Positions 43,133-52,655 are shown, counted from the stretch's first letter. The stretch: 64,000 bases of DNA from Cytophagales bacterium (GCA_004293905.1 RDZE01000021.1:28769-92768), one strand, 5' to 3'. Program-made: numbers and translations. Notes: a model not told the origin generated them from the sequence alone.

Positions 43133-44434
43133 TTATTTTGTGCCTACATCAGCGGCGGCGTCTTGGTCTTCTTTCTTCACTATTTTTTGCCCTACAGGTA
43201 TGAGTTCTACATTGGCAATGATTTGGTTTAGCCCTATTTGTATGGTGGTTTCGTGTTTTTGCTCGTCTTTTTCGAAGCCTGTTTTAGTTACTTCTTTGAT
43301 AATAGAAGTGGCATTGGTAGGCAGTACTAAGGCAAATTCTCCCGTAATAGAGTTGCTATTGGTTTGTGCAATTACTTTTTTTGTATTACTATCAATGATT
43401 TTGACAAGTGCATTGGTGCCTTTTTTATTAGTAGAATTCGTGATAATGCCACTGATCATGAGTGTAGAGTAAGAAGGTTTGAGTTCCTCATTGGCTTGGC
43501 TCACATCGGCAAAGTAAATATCGCCATCGCGAACAAAGTAGGCTTGCGAACCTGCGGCTGTAAGAATGAATCCATAGTCGTCTTGCGTGGTATTGAAGGG
43601 TGCTCCTATGTTTAGTATTTCGCTTGTAACATTGTTTTCTAGGAGCGTTGTCTTTAAAATATCCAAACCTCCCCAACCTGCATAGCCATCGGAGGCAAAG
43701 TAGAGCGTTTTTCCGTCAGAGGCTAAGAAGGGAGAACGTTCATTATAAATTGAACTTGCTGTTAGTCTTGTGGGGTAAGACCAAATACCATTTATATTTT
43801 TACGGCTGATGTATAAATCCATGTTGCCATCATAGGGTCCTACTGCTACAATGAATATGTTGCCATCGGCAGAGAGTGTTGCTCCATCTGTGGCTAAATC
43901 TAATCCACTGGCTTCTCTATCTAAGAAAAATGCAGTGATGCCACCGCCCAATCCTTTGGGCTGATTCCAATAGGCACCATTGAGTTGGGAAATATAATAA
44001 GGACCTCCTGTGTATTGCCATTGGTTGCGCCAACTTTGGAACACAACTGTTTGTCCATCGGGGGAAATATTGGGTTCGTCTTCACCCATTTCGGTATTGA
44101 TGCTTGCATCTAAACAACGCGGGTATTGCCAACCATTTGCACCCATATTGACTGAATACCAAATGTCGCCGTCAAATTCGGGGTGTCCTTTGTAGTTAGT
44201 ATAAAAGGGGGTAGACCAACTCATTCCTCCGCGCCCTGACATAAAAAACAGGTATTTGCCATCGGGCGAAATACAAAGGTTGGTTTCGCGGTAACGGGAG
44301 TTGAGAGTATTAAGATATTGTTGTTGAATTTGTGTGGGATGTTGTAGGATTCGTGGGGGGGTGAATTGGGCTTTTGCTCCAAGGTTGATTCCTACGAGTA
44401 AGCAAAAATAAATAAACCAAAAACGAGTAAGCAT
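43133..44434 (-). CDS. TolB-like PD40 beta-propeller protein with C-terminal carboxypeptidase-regulatory-like domain
   Basis: 433 aa. Signal peptide. Repeated SPDGK/SPDGQ/SADGN/ASDGKTLYF PD40-type motifs. The C-terminal ISGIITNS...ALVKIIDSNT...GEFALVLP is a CarboxypepD_reg-like beta sandwich. No OmpA domain. Confidence 0.55.
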   Translation of the reverse strand: MLTRFWFIYFCLLVGINLGAKAQFTPPRILQHPTQIQQQYLNTLNSRYRETNLCISPDGKYLFFMSGRGGMSWSTPFYTNYKGHPEFDGDIWYSVNMGANGWQYPRCLDASINTEMGEDEPNISPDGQTVVFQSWRNQWQYTGGPYYISQLNGAYWNQPKGLGGGITAFFLDREASGLDLATDGATLSADGNIFIVAVGPYDGNMDLYISRKNINGIWSYPTRLTASSIYNERSPFLASDGKTLYFASDGYAGWGGLDILKTTLLENNVTSEILNIGAPFNTTQDDYGFILTAAGSQAYFVRDGDIYFADVSQANEELKPSYSTLMISGIITNSTNKKGTNALVKIIDSNTKKVIAQTNSNSITGEFALVLPTNATSIIKEVTKTGFEKDEQKHETTIQIGLNQIIANVELIPVGQKIVKKEDQDAAADVGTK

Positions 44435-44494
44435 TTTTTTATATTGTTTTATTATGTAATTATACGAATTTGATTTTTTTTCATTACTTTTTTT

Positions 44495-46258
44495 TTAAAT
44501 TATTTCTTTGTATTGTAATTGATGAAGTTTGGCGTAGAAACCTTCTAATGCTAACAATTCTTCATGAGTGCCTTGTTCTTTTATTTCACCTTTATCCATC
44601 ACTATGATTTTATCTGCCTTTTGGATTGTAGAAAGGCGGTGCGCAATGACTATGGCAGTACGTCCTTTCATGAGTTTTTCTATGGCTTCTTGTATCATTT
44701 CTTCGGTTTCGGTATCTACAGAGGAGGTAGCTTCGTCTAAAACGATGATAGAGGGGTTGTATACCATAGCCCTCACAAAAGAGATGAGCTGTCTTTGACC
44801 TACTGAAAGGGTAGCACCTCGTTCCATAACATCATATTGATAGCCTTGTGGTAGTTTTTCAATGAATTTACTTGCTCCTACTAATTCGGAAGCGTGGGTT
44901 ATATGAGCTTGTGTTATTTGGTTATTTCCTAAATGTATATTGTCAGCAATACTTCCTGAAAAGAGAAATACATCTTGAAGTACTACGCCTATTTGGGTTC
45001 GGAGGGTTTCGAGGTCGTACTCTTCTAAGGGAATATTATCAATGAGAATTTGCCCTTTTTCTATTTCATAAAATCGGCTTAGTAGGTTGATGATGGTGCT
45101 TTTGCCTGAGCCTGTAGCACCTACAAAAGCAACGGTTTCTCCTGCTTTTACTTCAAAAGAAATATCTTTGAGTACATAGTTGTCATCATTATAAGCAAAC
45201 CATACATTTTTGAATTGAATGCTTCCCTCTATTTTTTCGGGGTGAAAATGACCGCTTTGGGCTACGTGTTCGTGATTGTCTAAGAGTTTGATGATTCGGT
45301 CGGTGCTTACTACGCCTAATTGCAGGGTGTTAAATCGGTCAGCAATCATACGAATCGGTCGGAAAAAGAGTGCAATATACATAATGAAGGCTATCAATAC
45401 CCCTAAGGTTACTTCTTCATTGAGTACGGCACGTGCGCCATACCAAACAACTAAACCCGTTCCTATGGCACTAATTACTTCGGCTACAGGAAAATATACA
45501 GAGTAGTACAGTACAGAGCGTATATTGGCGCGTCTGTGTTCGCGGTTGATTTCTTTAAATTTTTCATATTCTATGGGTTCACTTCCGAATATTTGGACAA
45601 TATTCATTCCTGTGATATGTTCTTGCACAAAAGAGTTCAGATTAGAAACCGCAGCACGTACTCGGTCAAATGATTTTTTTACTTTTTCTTTAAAAACATA
45701 AGTACTCAACAATAAAAGGGGTAACATAGACAAACTGACTAAGGTAAGTTTCCAATCTATGTAAAACATAAGTGCTAAGATGAAAATGATTTGTAAAATA
45801 TCAGCAATCATGGCGGCTATGCCTTCTGTGAATACATTGGAGAGGGTTTCTATATCAGAAACTACGCGGGTTACTAAGCGTCCTACGGGGGTTTTGTCAT
45901 AAAATTTCAGGCGTAAGCTAAGTATATGACGGTAGAGCATCGTTCGAATGTCTTTGACGATTGACTGCCCTAGCCAGCCTGAGAGGTAGGTATGTAGGTA
46001 TTGTAGGTATGATTGTAGGAGAAGTAAGCCAAGCATGAGAAGTGTCATATTGAGTAAACCTTGATAGTTGCCTACTGCTACATGGTGGTCTATGGTATAT
46101 TGTGTGATAAAAGGTCGTGTAGGACCTAATAGTGCTATTGAAATGGTGAGAAATGTTAGCCATACGAACCAAATACTATAGGGTTTTGCAAAACTTAGGA
46201 GGCGGCGGAGGGTCTTTCCGTCTAAGATTTTTTCGGAGGGTTTCTCTAAATCGGACAT
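44495..46258 (-). CDS. ABC transporter permease/ATP-binding protein (MsbA/MdlB-like type I exporter)
   Basis: The track start at 46297 is TTG. The ATG at 46258 gives MSDLEKPSEKILDGKTLRRL. Six TM helices, GATGSGKSTI, LSVGQRQLISFVRA, IVLDEATSSVD. Confidence 0.9.
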   Translation of the reverse strand: MSDLEKPSEKILDGKTLRRLLSFAKPYSIWFVWLTFLTISIALLGPTRPFITQYTIDHHVAVGNYQGLLNMTLLMLGLLLLQSYLQYLHTYLSGWLGQSIVKDIRTMLYRHILSLRLKFYDKTPVGRLVTRVVSDIETLSNVFTEGIAAMIADILQIIFILALMFYIDWKLTLVSLSMLPLLLLSTYVFKEKVKKSFDRVRAAVSNLNSFVQEHITGMNIVQIFGSEPIEYEKFKEINREHRRANIRSVLYYSVYFPVAEVISAIGTGLVVWYGARAVLNEEVTLGVLIAFIMYIALFFRPIRMIADRFNTLQLGVVSTDRIIKLLDNHEHVAQSGHFHPEKIEGSIQFKNVWFAYNDDNYVLKDISFEVKAGETVAFVGATGSGKSTIINLLSRFYEIEKGQILIDNIPLEEYDLETLRTQIGVVLQDVFLFSGSIADNIHLGNNQITQAHITHASELVGASKFIEKLPQGYQYDVMERGATLSVGQRQLISFVRAMVYNPSIIVLDEATSSVDTETEEMIQEAIEKLMKGRTAIVIAHRLSTIQKADKIIVMDKGEIKEQGTHEELLALEGFYAKLHQLQYKEII

Positions 46259-46327
46259 GCAAGTAAGGGGGTAGAAAATATAAAATAGAAACGCCAAAAA
46301 GCAATAAACAGTTCAGAATTGTAGGGT

Positions 46328-46696
46328 TTATTGCTCCCAAGCAACTCCTATTTGTTTGCGTGTTTCAAGGTCTATGGGTTCGAGGTGCATTAGTCTTTCT
46401 TTGGTAATGCGTTGATTGTTGCGGAGGAATTCGCTCAATTCTTTACCTGAAAGCGATTCGTCTGATTGCTCGGAGAGCCATTTGATAAAATCTTTTCGGT
46501 TGTCAAATACTTTTTCAGGGTAAAAGCCCTGACCATCTTGTACGCTACAGTAGGCAAATTTTTGCTTTTCTGCATCATAAATAAGCCCCATACCACAATA
46601 ATCACGGTGTGCATAGGCAATCACTCCTCCCTTTTCAAGGTAGATAGCTACATTGGTAGCAAGACTGTTTCCGTAAGTATTATTTCCTTTTTTCAT
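46328..46696 (-). CDS. Hypothetical protein
   Basis: The track start at 46750 is TTG. The first ATG, at 46696, gives a 122-aa product MKKGNNTYGNSLATNV... No recognisable motif. Confidence 0.45.
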   Translation of the reverse strand: MKKGNNTYGNSLATNVAIYLEKGGVIAYAHRDYCGMGLIYDAEKQKFAYCSVQDGQGFYPEKVFDNRKDFIKWLSEQSDESLSGKELSEFLRNNQRITKERLMHLEPIDLETRKQIGVAWEQ

Positions 46697-46761
46697 TTTC
46701 CTAAATAAGTTTATTTTTTCAAAGTTAATTTTTTTTATGCATTTTTTCAATTCTATGCCAA

Positions 46762-46805
46762 TAAAAAAAGAAGACTTTACTTTATGATTAAGTAAAACCT
46801 TCTTT
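46762..46805 (-). terminator. Intrinsic terminator after tRNA-Cys
   Basis: Nested stems aaagaag (46767..46773) / cttcttt (46799..46805) and tttactt (46776..46782) / aagtaaa (46790..46796). The minus strand continues with a T-run (plus-strand a-run 46763..46769). Confidence 0.65.
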
Positions 46806-46821
46806 GGATTTTTTGTAGAGG

Positions 46822-46892
46822 AGGTCGGAAGCGGATTCGAACCGCTGTACGGGCTTTTGCAGAGCCCTGCCTAGCCACTCGGCCATCCGACC
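46822..46892 (-). tRNA. tRNA-Cys (anticodon GCA)
   Basis: Minus strand: GGTCGGA TG GCC GAGTGGCTA GGC A GGGCT CTGCAAA AGCCC GTAC AGCGG TTCGAAT CCGCT TCCGACC T. The discriminator U is as expected for tRNA-Cys. 71 nt, no complete CCA encoded. Confidence 0.88.
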
Positions 46893-46899
46893 TTTGTAT

Positions 46900-46963
46900 A
46901 ATCGGTTAAAAAGGAGTGCAAAGGTGATGAATGAATACCAAAAATGCAAATTTTTAACCGATT
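46900..46963. repeat. 13-bp perfect inverted repeat with 38-nt spacer between rpsA and tRNA-Cys
   Basis: aatcggttaaaaa (46900..46912) / tttttaaccgatt (46951..46963). Confidence 0.6.
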
Positions 46964-46976
46964 AAATTATAGGACT

Positions 46977-48779
46977 TTATTGTTTGTCCATTTGTTCTTT
47001 CAAAGAAGAAAGTGCTTCTATGTCGCCTAATGTACTTTTGTTTTCATCACTACTTTCGGTAGTTTTCTTCTTACGAGTACTTTTCTTTTTGGCTTCAGTT
47101 TCAGTGCTTGTTTCTTCTTCTGTAGTTTTTTCTGCTTTTTCTTCAGGTTTTTCGTGCGTTCTTGTATGAGAAAGAACTATTTTCTTCTCTTCTTTAGAGA
47201 ACTCAACCACCATGAAATCTAAGGTTTCGCCTACTTCAGCATTTGCGCCATTGGCTTTTACTAAACCTTTTGAGGGCACAAATCCTTCTACGCCGTAGGG
47301 TAGCTCAAGCATAGCACCTTTTTCTACTTTGGAGATGATGGTACATTTGTGTACTGAGTTGGGGAGGAAAACTGTTTCGAAAGTATCCCAAGGGTTATCT
47401 TCGAGTTGTTTATGACCCAATGAAAGTCTTTTGTTTTCTACGTCTAACTCTAATACAACTACATCTAATTCTTCTCCTACTTTTACAAACTCAGAAGGGT
47501 GTTTTATTTTCTTAGTCCAAGAGAGGTCAGAAACGTGTACTAAGCCATCTATGCCTTCTTCTAATTCTATGAATAAGCCAAAACTTGTAAGATTTCTTAC
47601 GATACCTTTGTGTTTGGTATTTACGGCGTATTTAGAGAGGAGGTTGGTTTTTGTCCAAGGGTCTTCAGTAAGTTGTTTGATGCCTAAGGACATTTTTCTC
47701 TCGGCACGGTCTATGGTCAATACTACTGCTTCTATTTCGTCTCCTACTTTGAGGAAGTCTTGTGGGTTGCGTAAGTGTTGCGACCAAGACATTTCGGATA
47801 CGTGAATGAGTCCTTCTACGCCGGGTATTACTTCAAGGAATGCGCCGTAATCTGCTACGTTTACAATTTTTCCTTTTACTTTAGAGTTTACTTGTATGTC
47901 AGCGTCTAATGATTCCCAAGGGTGGGCTGTGAGTTGCTTCATACCCAATGAGATACGTTTTTTATCTTCATCAAAATCGAGTACTACTATATTTACGCGT
48001 TGGTCGAGTTGTAGTACTTCTTCAGGGTGGTTGATACGTCCCCAAGATATATCAGTAATGTGTAATAATCCATCTACACCTCCTAAATCTATGAATACAC
48101 CGAAGTTTGTCATATTTTTGATGATACCTTCGAGTACTTGTCCTCTTTCGAGGTTATTAAGAATTTCTACGCGTTGGTCTTCTAAATCTTTTTCAATGAG
48201 TACTTTGTGAGAAACTACTACGTTGTCATTGGCATAGTTGATTTTGACTACTTTTACTTCCATTTTTTTGCCTACAAAAACATCAAAATCGCGGATGGGT
48301 TTCACATCTATTTGTGAGCCGGGTAAGAAAGATTCTATACCGAAGATGTCTACAATCAAGCCACCTTTGGTTCTTCTTTTTACGATACCTTCAATGATGG
48401 AGTCAGCATCTAAGGCATCTTGAATTTTTGTCCAAGCGGTAAGGATTTTGGCTTTTTTACGTGATAGGATTACTTGCCCGTTGGTAGATTCTCTGTTTTC
48501 TACATAAACTTCTACTTGGTCGCCTACTTTGAGTTCGGGCAGGTCTTTGAATTCGGAGCGGGGGATGAGTCCATCGGATTTGAAGCCTACATTGACGATT
48601 ACGTCTCTTTCAGCGATTCCGACTACAATACCGAGTGCTACTTCTTTTTCGTTTACGGTACTAAATGTTTCTTCGTATTTACGTACTAATTCTTCTTTTT
48701 CGGCTTGTGTATAATCAGAGCCAAATTTTTTGGATTGTATTTTGTTCCAATCAAAATCTTCTTTTGTGTTGTATGCCAT
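46977..48779 (-). CDS. rpsA: 30S ribosomal protein S1
   Basis: 600 aa with six S1 OB-fold repeats (G.V....G..V..G.EGLIHVSE-type blocks, e.g. GVEGLIHVSEMSW, IDGLVHVSDLSW) and a Lys/Glu-rich tail. Confidence 0.95.
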   Translation of the reverse strand: MAYNTKEDFDWNKIQSKKFGSDYTQAEKEELVRKYEETFSTVNEKEVALGIVVGIAERDVIVNVGFKSDGLIPRSEFKDLPELKVGDQVEVYVENRESTNGQVILSRKKAKILTAWTKIQDALDADSIIEGIVKRRTKGGLIVDIFGIESFLPGSQIDVKPIRDFDVFVGKKMEVKVVKINYANDNVVVSHKVLIEKDLEDQRVEILNNLERGQVLEGIIKNMTNFGVFIDLGGVDGLLHITDISWGRINHPEEVLQLDQRVNIVVLDFDEDKKRISLGMKQLTAHPWESLDADIQVNSKVKGKIVNVADYGAFLEVIPGVEGLIHVSEMSWSQHLRNPQDFLKVGDEIEAVVLTIDRAERKMSLGIKQLTEDPWTKTNLLSKYAVNTKHKGIVRNLTSFGLFIELEEGIDGLVHVSDLSWTKKIKHPSEFVKVGEELDVVVLELDVENKRLSLGHKQLEDNPWDTFETVFLPNSVHKCTIISKVEKGAMLELPYGVEGFVPSKGLVKANGANAEVGETLDFMVVEFSKEEKKIVLSHTRTHEKPEEKAEKTTEEETSTETEAKKKSTRKKKTTESSDENKSTLGDIEALSSLKEQMDKQ

Positions 48780-48869
48780 AATGAGATGAATGAATACCCT
48801 TGATTACATCAACTTTGTCGGGTTACCAAAGCTGAATTTATTGTTTAACAAAATTTCAAAAATAGTCTG

Positions 48870-48877
48870 CAAAATTA
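48870..48877 (-). promoter_or_regulatory. Candidate -7 promoter box (TAATTTTG on minus strand) for rpsA
   Basis: Plus-strand caaaatta is TAATTTTG on the minus strand, about 90 nt upstream of the rpsA ATG. A TTTG lies about 22 nt further upstream. Confidence 0.35.
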
Positions 48878-48953
48878 ATATAATTTTGTGGATTTTATTC
48901 AAATTTTGGAAAAAATATTTTGTATGTTGGGTTTTGAAAAAAGGGTAAAAATA

Positions 48954-49172
48954 TTAGAAATTGATTTTTACCCTTACGGAGAGCCCTACTTGGAGGGGTT
49001 CTAATTTGATTTTGTGTTTTTTATAGAGTTTGTCAAGTAATGTTTCTTGAATTTCTCTGATTTTGGTACCTTCTGTGGTTATTTCTGGGAATTCTTCGAT
49101 ATGAGCCTCAAAAACGCGTTTGGTTTCGGAGGGTTCTAAGATGATAAGTATATAATTGATGTCTTTGTTCAC
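48954..49172 (-). CDS. Small hypothetical protein, weakly HicB/UPF0150-like; no ATG start available
   Basis: The ORF has no internal Met. The track start at 49220 is TTG and overlaps the upstream gene by 44 nt. A GTG at 49172 sits 5 nt after the upstream stop and gives VNKDINYILIILEPSETKRVFEAHIEEFPEITTEGTKIREIQETL..., which is reminiscent of HicB-type antitoxin N-domains. That resemblance is from memory only. Confidence 0.3.
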   Translation of the reverse strand: MNKDINYILIILEPSETKRVFEAHIEEFPEITTEGTKIREIQETLLDKLYKKHKIKLEPLQVGLSVRVKINF

Positions 49173-49176
49173 TATA

Positions 49177-50073
49177 TTATTTTTCACTTTGCAACTCGTT
49201 GGCTTCTCTTGTGTTGTCAAAGGATACGTTGGTATTGGTTAAAAAGTTATTATTTTTTAGCCACTCTTTGAATTTTGTTTCATCAGTGATTTTTCCGTAC
49301 ACATCGCGAACGTATCTGAAGAGGTGGTAGTATTTGCCTGCATCGCTTTGTTTATCATTATCAGGTATGAAATCGGCTATTGCGCTTAGTTCTTCTTTGA
49401 GGTCGAGTAGGCGTTGGTCGTCGAAGTAAGCGATTTTAAATTTTCCTATTTCAGTACTTGCTTTGTTTTGTAAGCTGGAATAGTATAGCAGGGTTATAGG
49501 GGCTACTTCTTCAGGGTTGATTGCATTGCCATCTTTTTCGAACATTGTTTTTTTGTCTAAAGTGATAACATCTGTTTGGTAAGGTACTTTTTTTCCTACG
49601 TTTGCGCCATTGTATTTGTAACTAATAACAAATCTTTTATCATCGTTCATAGGGAATAAATTGGCATCTACGCGCAGAGTATATGTATTTCCGAGTACGA
49701 ATAGTGCGCCTGAGGCGAGGTAGTTTTTGAAGTCAATGATTCCATTTTTCTCTTCGTCTCCGCGTGTGCTGGCTTGTGCATTGGTTTTGATGGGGGAAAG
49801 TACATCTTTGACAAAGGTTACTATTTCGGTTTGTACGGGTTTTACGGGGTCGGGCATGTTGAATCGTCCTTGTGTAGAGCTCATGACGATGGCTTTGGCA
49901 CCTGGGCTTAGTTTAAGTTTGGAGGTGGCACTTACTTGTGAGCCTTTGATGATGGCTTTACCAGTGGTGAGGTCTGTGATAGTGCCTTGTACTTGTACGA
50001 AGTAGTAGGTTTGTGCTTTGGCTACTGTGAAAAAAAGGAGTGCAAATAGGAATAGTAATGATTGTTTTTTCAT
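49177..50073 (-). CDS. Hypothetical secreted protein
   Basis: 298 aa. Signal peptide MKKQSLLFLFALLFFTVAKAQ. No recognisable motif. Confidence 0.55.
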   Translation of the reverse strand: MKKQSLLFLFALLFFTVAKAQTYYFVQVQGTITDLTTGKAIIKGSQVSATSKLKLSPGAKAIVMSSTQGRFNMPDPVKPVQTEIVTFVKDVLSPIKTNAQASTRGDEEKNGIIDFKNYLASGALFVLGNTYTLRVDANLFPMNDDKRFVISYKYNGANVGKKVPYQTDVITLDKKTMFEKDGNAINPEEVAPITLLYYSSLQNKASTEIGKFKIAYFDDQRLLDLKEELSAIADFIPDNDKQSDAGKYYHLFRYVRDVYGKITDETKFKEWLKNNNFLTNTNVSFDNTREANELQSEK

Positions 50074-50133
50074 GTCTTGATTATTAATAATTGTTTTTTC
50101 TTAAACGTGATTTGGTTTTGAATGTTTATTTGC

Positions 50134-51132
50134 TTATTCTTCTTCCTCTTCTTCGGTTGTTTTCTTACCTTCTTTGATTTCTTTTTCTTTCTTTCTTTTT
50201 TTCTCTATGGCTTCTATGTCTTTTGCGTTTCTGATGCTATAATCGTCATAATCCTCGCTATCGTCTTGGTTTTCGTCTTCTTTGCTTTCGGGGTCGGGTG
50301 CGGCGTTGCCCGAAACCCAAATGTCGATGGTTTGTCCTGCTCTTACCATGTTGCGTGGTCGGTCATCGCCATCAGAGAAGGCAATTGTTCCTTTTCTTAC
50401 TTTTCCTGCTCTTACATCGGGTTTTTGTTTGATGACAGTTCCAATTTCTTGGTTGCTATTGTTGTCGTAAGCTACTATATTCACTACTAAGTCCATTCCT
50501 TTGAGTATGAGTTCGGCTTCGTGCAGGGGTAGCCCTACTAAATTGGGTACGGGAAATTCTTTTTCGCCTAAGCCATCTCCTACTACGAGGTCTACTTTGG
50601 AGCCTGCTAAGATGGGGTCTCCTGCTTTTATTTTTTTGCCATTGTAGGTAATCATGAGCACTTGGTCAGAAACATCGGGTACGTATTTGATGCGCCCTAT
50701 TTCTAAATCCATATTTTTGATAATTCTTTCCGCGCTCTCGAAAACTAAGTTTGTGAGTTCGGGCATTTTGCGCATGGGCGGATTTTTAGGGCTGATGACG
50801 ATGGTGATTTTTCGGCTTTGCTTTACTTTTGCTCCGGGTTCGGGGGACTGTGATAAGACAGTAAAGGGCTTGTATTTGCGCGAGTAGGTAGAGTCTTTGA
50901 TGATGTAGGTAAGACCTTTGGAGCGCATGAATTCGTCTATTTCTTGTACACTCATGCCTACTAAGTTGGGCACAGTTACGGTTTCGCCATGGTCGGTGAA
51001 GTAGGGTAAAAAATTGGTAAAGAAACCAAATAGGAGGGTGATGCCTAAACTTACAACAATGCCTAAGTGTATGAGTAGGTCATAGATTTTATTTCCTTTG
51101 AGAATGATGATTTTTTTGGAAGTTGCTTCCAT
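50134..51132 (-). CDS. Stand-alone PASTA-domain membrane protein with acidic/Lys-rich tail
   Basis: 332 aa. One N-terminal TM helix (LIHLGIVVSLGITLLFGFF). Three PASTA-like units (VPNLVGMSVQEIDEFMRSKGL; MPELTNLVFESAERIIKNMDL; VPNLVGLPLHEAELILKGMDL). Tail ...EDENQDDSEDYDDY...KKRKKEKEIKEGKKTTEEEEEE. Confidence 0.75.
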   Translation of the reverse strand: MEATSKKIIILKGNKIYDLLIHLGIVVSLGITLLFGFFTNFLPYFTDHGETVTVPNLVGMSVQEIDEFMRSKGLTYIIKDSTYSRKYKPFTVLSQSPEPGAKVKQSRKITIVISPKNPPMRKMPELTNLVFESAERIIKNMDLEIGRIKYVPDVSDQVLMITYNGKKIKAGDPILAGSKVDLVVGDGLGEKEFPVPNLVGLPLHEAELILKGMDLVVNIVAYDNNSNQEIGTVIKQKPDVRAGKVRKGTIAFSDGDDRPRNMVRAGQTIDIWVSGNAAPDPESKEDENQDDSEDYDDYSIRNAKDIEAIEKKRKKEKEIKEGKKTTEEEEEE

Positions 51133-51175
51133 GGTACGAATTAACGTTTTTTGTTTTTGAATGATTTTAAAGATT

Positions 51176-51212
51176 TTCCACTTCTTTTTTTCTTATTTCA
51201 AAAGAAGTGGAA
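51176..51212. terminator. 11-bp hairpin downstream of lpd
   Basis: ttccacttctt (51176..51186) / aagaagtggaa (51202..51212). It starts 7 nt after the lpd stop. The T-run is better on the plus strand (aggttttt) than on the minus strand. Confidence 0.5.
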
Positions 51213-51218
51213 AGGTTT

Positions 51219-52619
51219 TTACATGTGCAGTGCTCTGTTGGCAGTAGCAGCTAAACATGCTTCTTTGAATGCTTCGGTGTATGTGGGGTGCGAATGCGAC
51301 ATACGTGCAATGTCTTCGGCAGAGGCACGGTATTCCATAGCGACAACGGCTTCGGCTATCATGTCAGCGGCACGTGGTCCGATGATGTGTGCGCCTAAGA
51401 TTTCGTCTGTGTTTTTATCGGCTAATATTTTCACTACGCCGTCCATATCCATACTTGCTCTTGAGCGTCCTAAGGCTTTAAAAGGGAATGTACCGACTTT
51501 GTATTCTATTTTTTCAGCTTTGAGTTCTTCTTCGGTGTATCCTACGCTGGCTACTTCGGGCCAAGTATATACTACATTGGGTATGAGTAGATAGTTGATG
51601 TGTGGTTTTTGCCCTACAATCCATTCAGCTACAAATACGCCCTCTTCTTCGGCTTTGTGTGCGAGCATGGCACCACGTACAACATCGCCTATGGCATAGA
51701 TGCCTTTGACGTTTGTTTCTAAGTGTTCATTTACTTTGATTCGTCCTTTTTCATCTACTTCTACACCAGCATTTTCTAAGCCTAATGCTTCGGTATAGGG
51801 TTTTCTTCCGATGCATACTAAGCAGTACTCAGCTTCGAATTGGATAGTTTTGCCTTGTTTGTCTTCTGCGGTTACGTCTACGCTCTCACCTTTATTGTTA
51901 ATATTGGTTACTTTATGATTGAAAAAGAATTTCATTCCTAATTTTGAGAGAGATTTTTGAAGTTCTTTCCCCATAGTAGCGTCCATTGTAGGTATCATAC
52001 TTCCTAAGTATTCTATCATGGTTACTTGTGTGCCAAGACGTGCGTACACGGAGCCTAATTCTGCGCCGATGACCCCTGCACCGATGATGATGAGGCTTTT
52101 GGGAAGTGTTTCGAAGGCGAGTGCTTCGGTAGAGCTAATGATTCTTTTTTTGTCTAAGGGTATATTGGGAAATGGTGTTGGCTTAGAGCCTGTTGCGATG
52201 ATTGCATTTTTGGTGGTGAGGGTGGTAACTGTTCCATCGGAGGCGGTTACATTGATGGTGTTTTTATCTTTGAATGAACCTATGCCGTAGTAGGTGTCTA
52301 TTTTATTTTTCTTCATCAGATAGACAATTCCATCGCAATTTTGCTTCACTACCTCTGTTTTTCTTTTCATCATTTGAGATAGGTTTACGGTAAGGTTCTC
52401 GAGGTCTACACCGTGTGTTTTGAAGTTATGGGCGGCGTTGTGGTAGTGTTCGGAGGAGTCTAAAAGGGCTTTTGAGGGTATACAACCTACATTGAGGCAG
52501 GTACCTCCTAAGGTAGGGTATTTTTCTATGATGGCGGTTTTGAGTCCTAATTGTGCGGCTCTGATGGCTGCTACGTACCCTCCGGGACCTGAACCGATGA
52601 TGACGATGTCGTAGTTCAT
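51219..52619 (-). CDS. lpdA: Dihydrolipoyl dehydrogenase
   Basis: 466 aa. FAD motif IIGSGPGGYVAAIRAAQLG, redox-active disulfide GGTCLNVGCIPSK, and C-terminal HSHPTYTEA interface motif. Confidence 0.95.
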   Translation of the reverse strand: MNYDIVIIGSGPGGYVAAIRAAQLGLKTAIIEKYPTLGGTCLNVGCIPSKALLDSSEHYHNAAHNFKTHGVDLENLTVNLSQMMKRKTEVVKQNCDGIVYLMKKNKIDTYYGIGSFKDKNTINVTASDGTVTTLTTKNAIIATGSKPTPFPNIPLDKKRIISSTEALAFETLPKSLIIIGAGVIGAELGSVYARLGTQVTMIEYLGSMIPTMDATMGKELQKSLSKLGMKFFFNHKVTNINNKGESVDVTAEDKQGKTIQFEAEYCLVCIGRKPYTEALGLENAGVEVDEKGRIKVNEHLETNVKGIYAIGDVVRGAMLAHKAEEEGVFVAEWIVGQKPHINYLLIPNVVYTWPEVASVGYTEEELKAEKIEYKVGTFPFKALGRSRASMDMDGVVKILADKNTDEILGAHIIGPRAADMIAEAVVAMEYRASAEDIARMSHSHPTYTEAFKEACLAATANRALHM

Positions 52620-52655
52620 GATAGATACTGTGTTGTTTTTTAGGTGGTAGATAGT

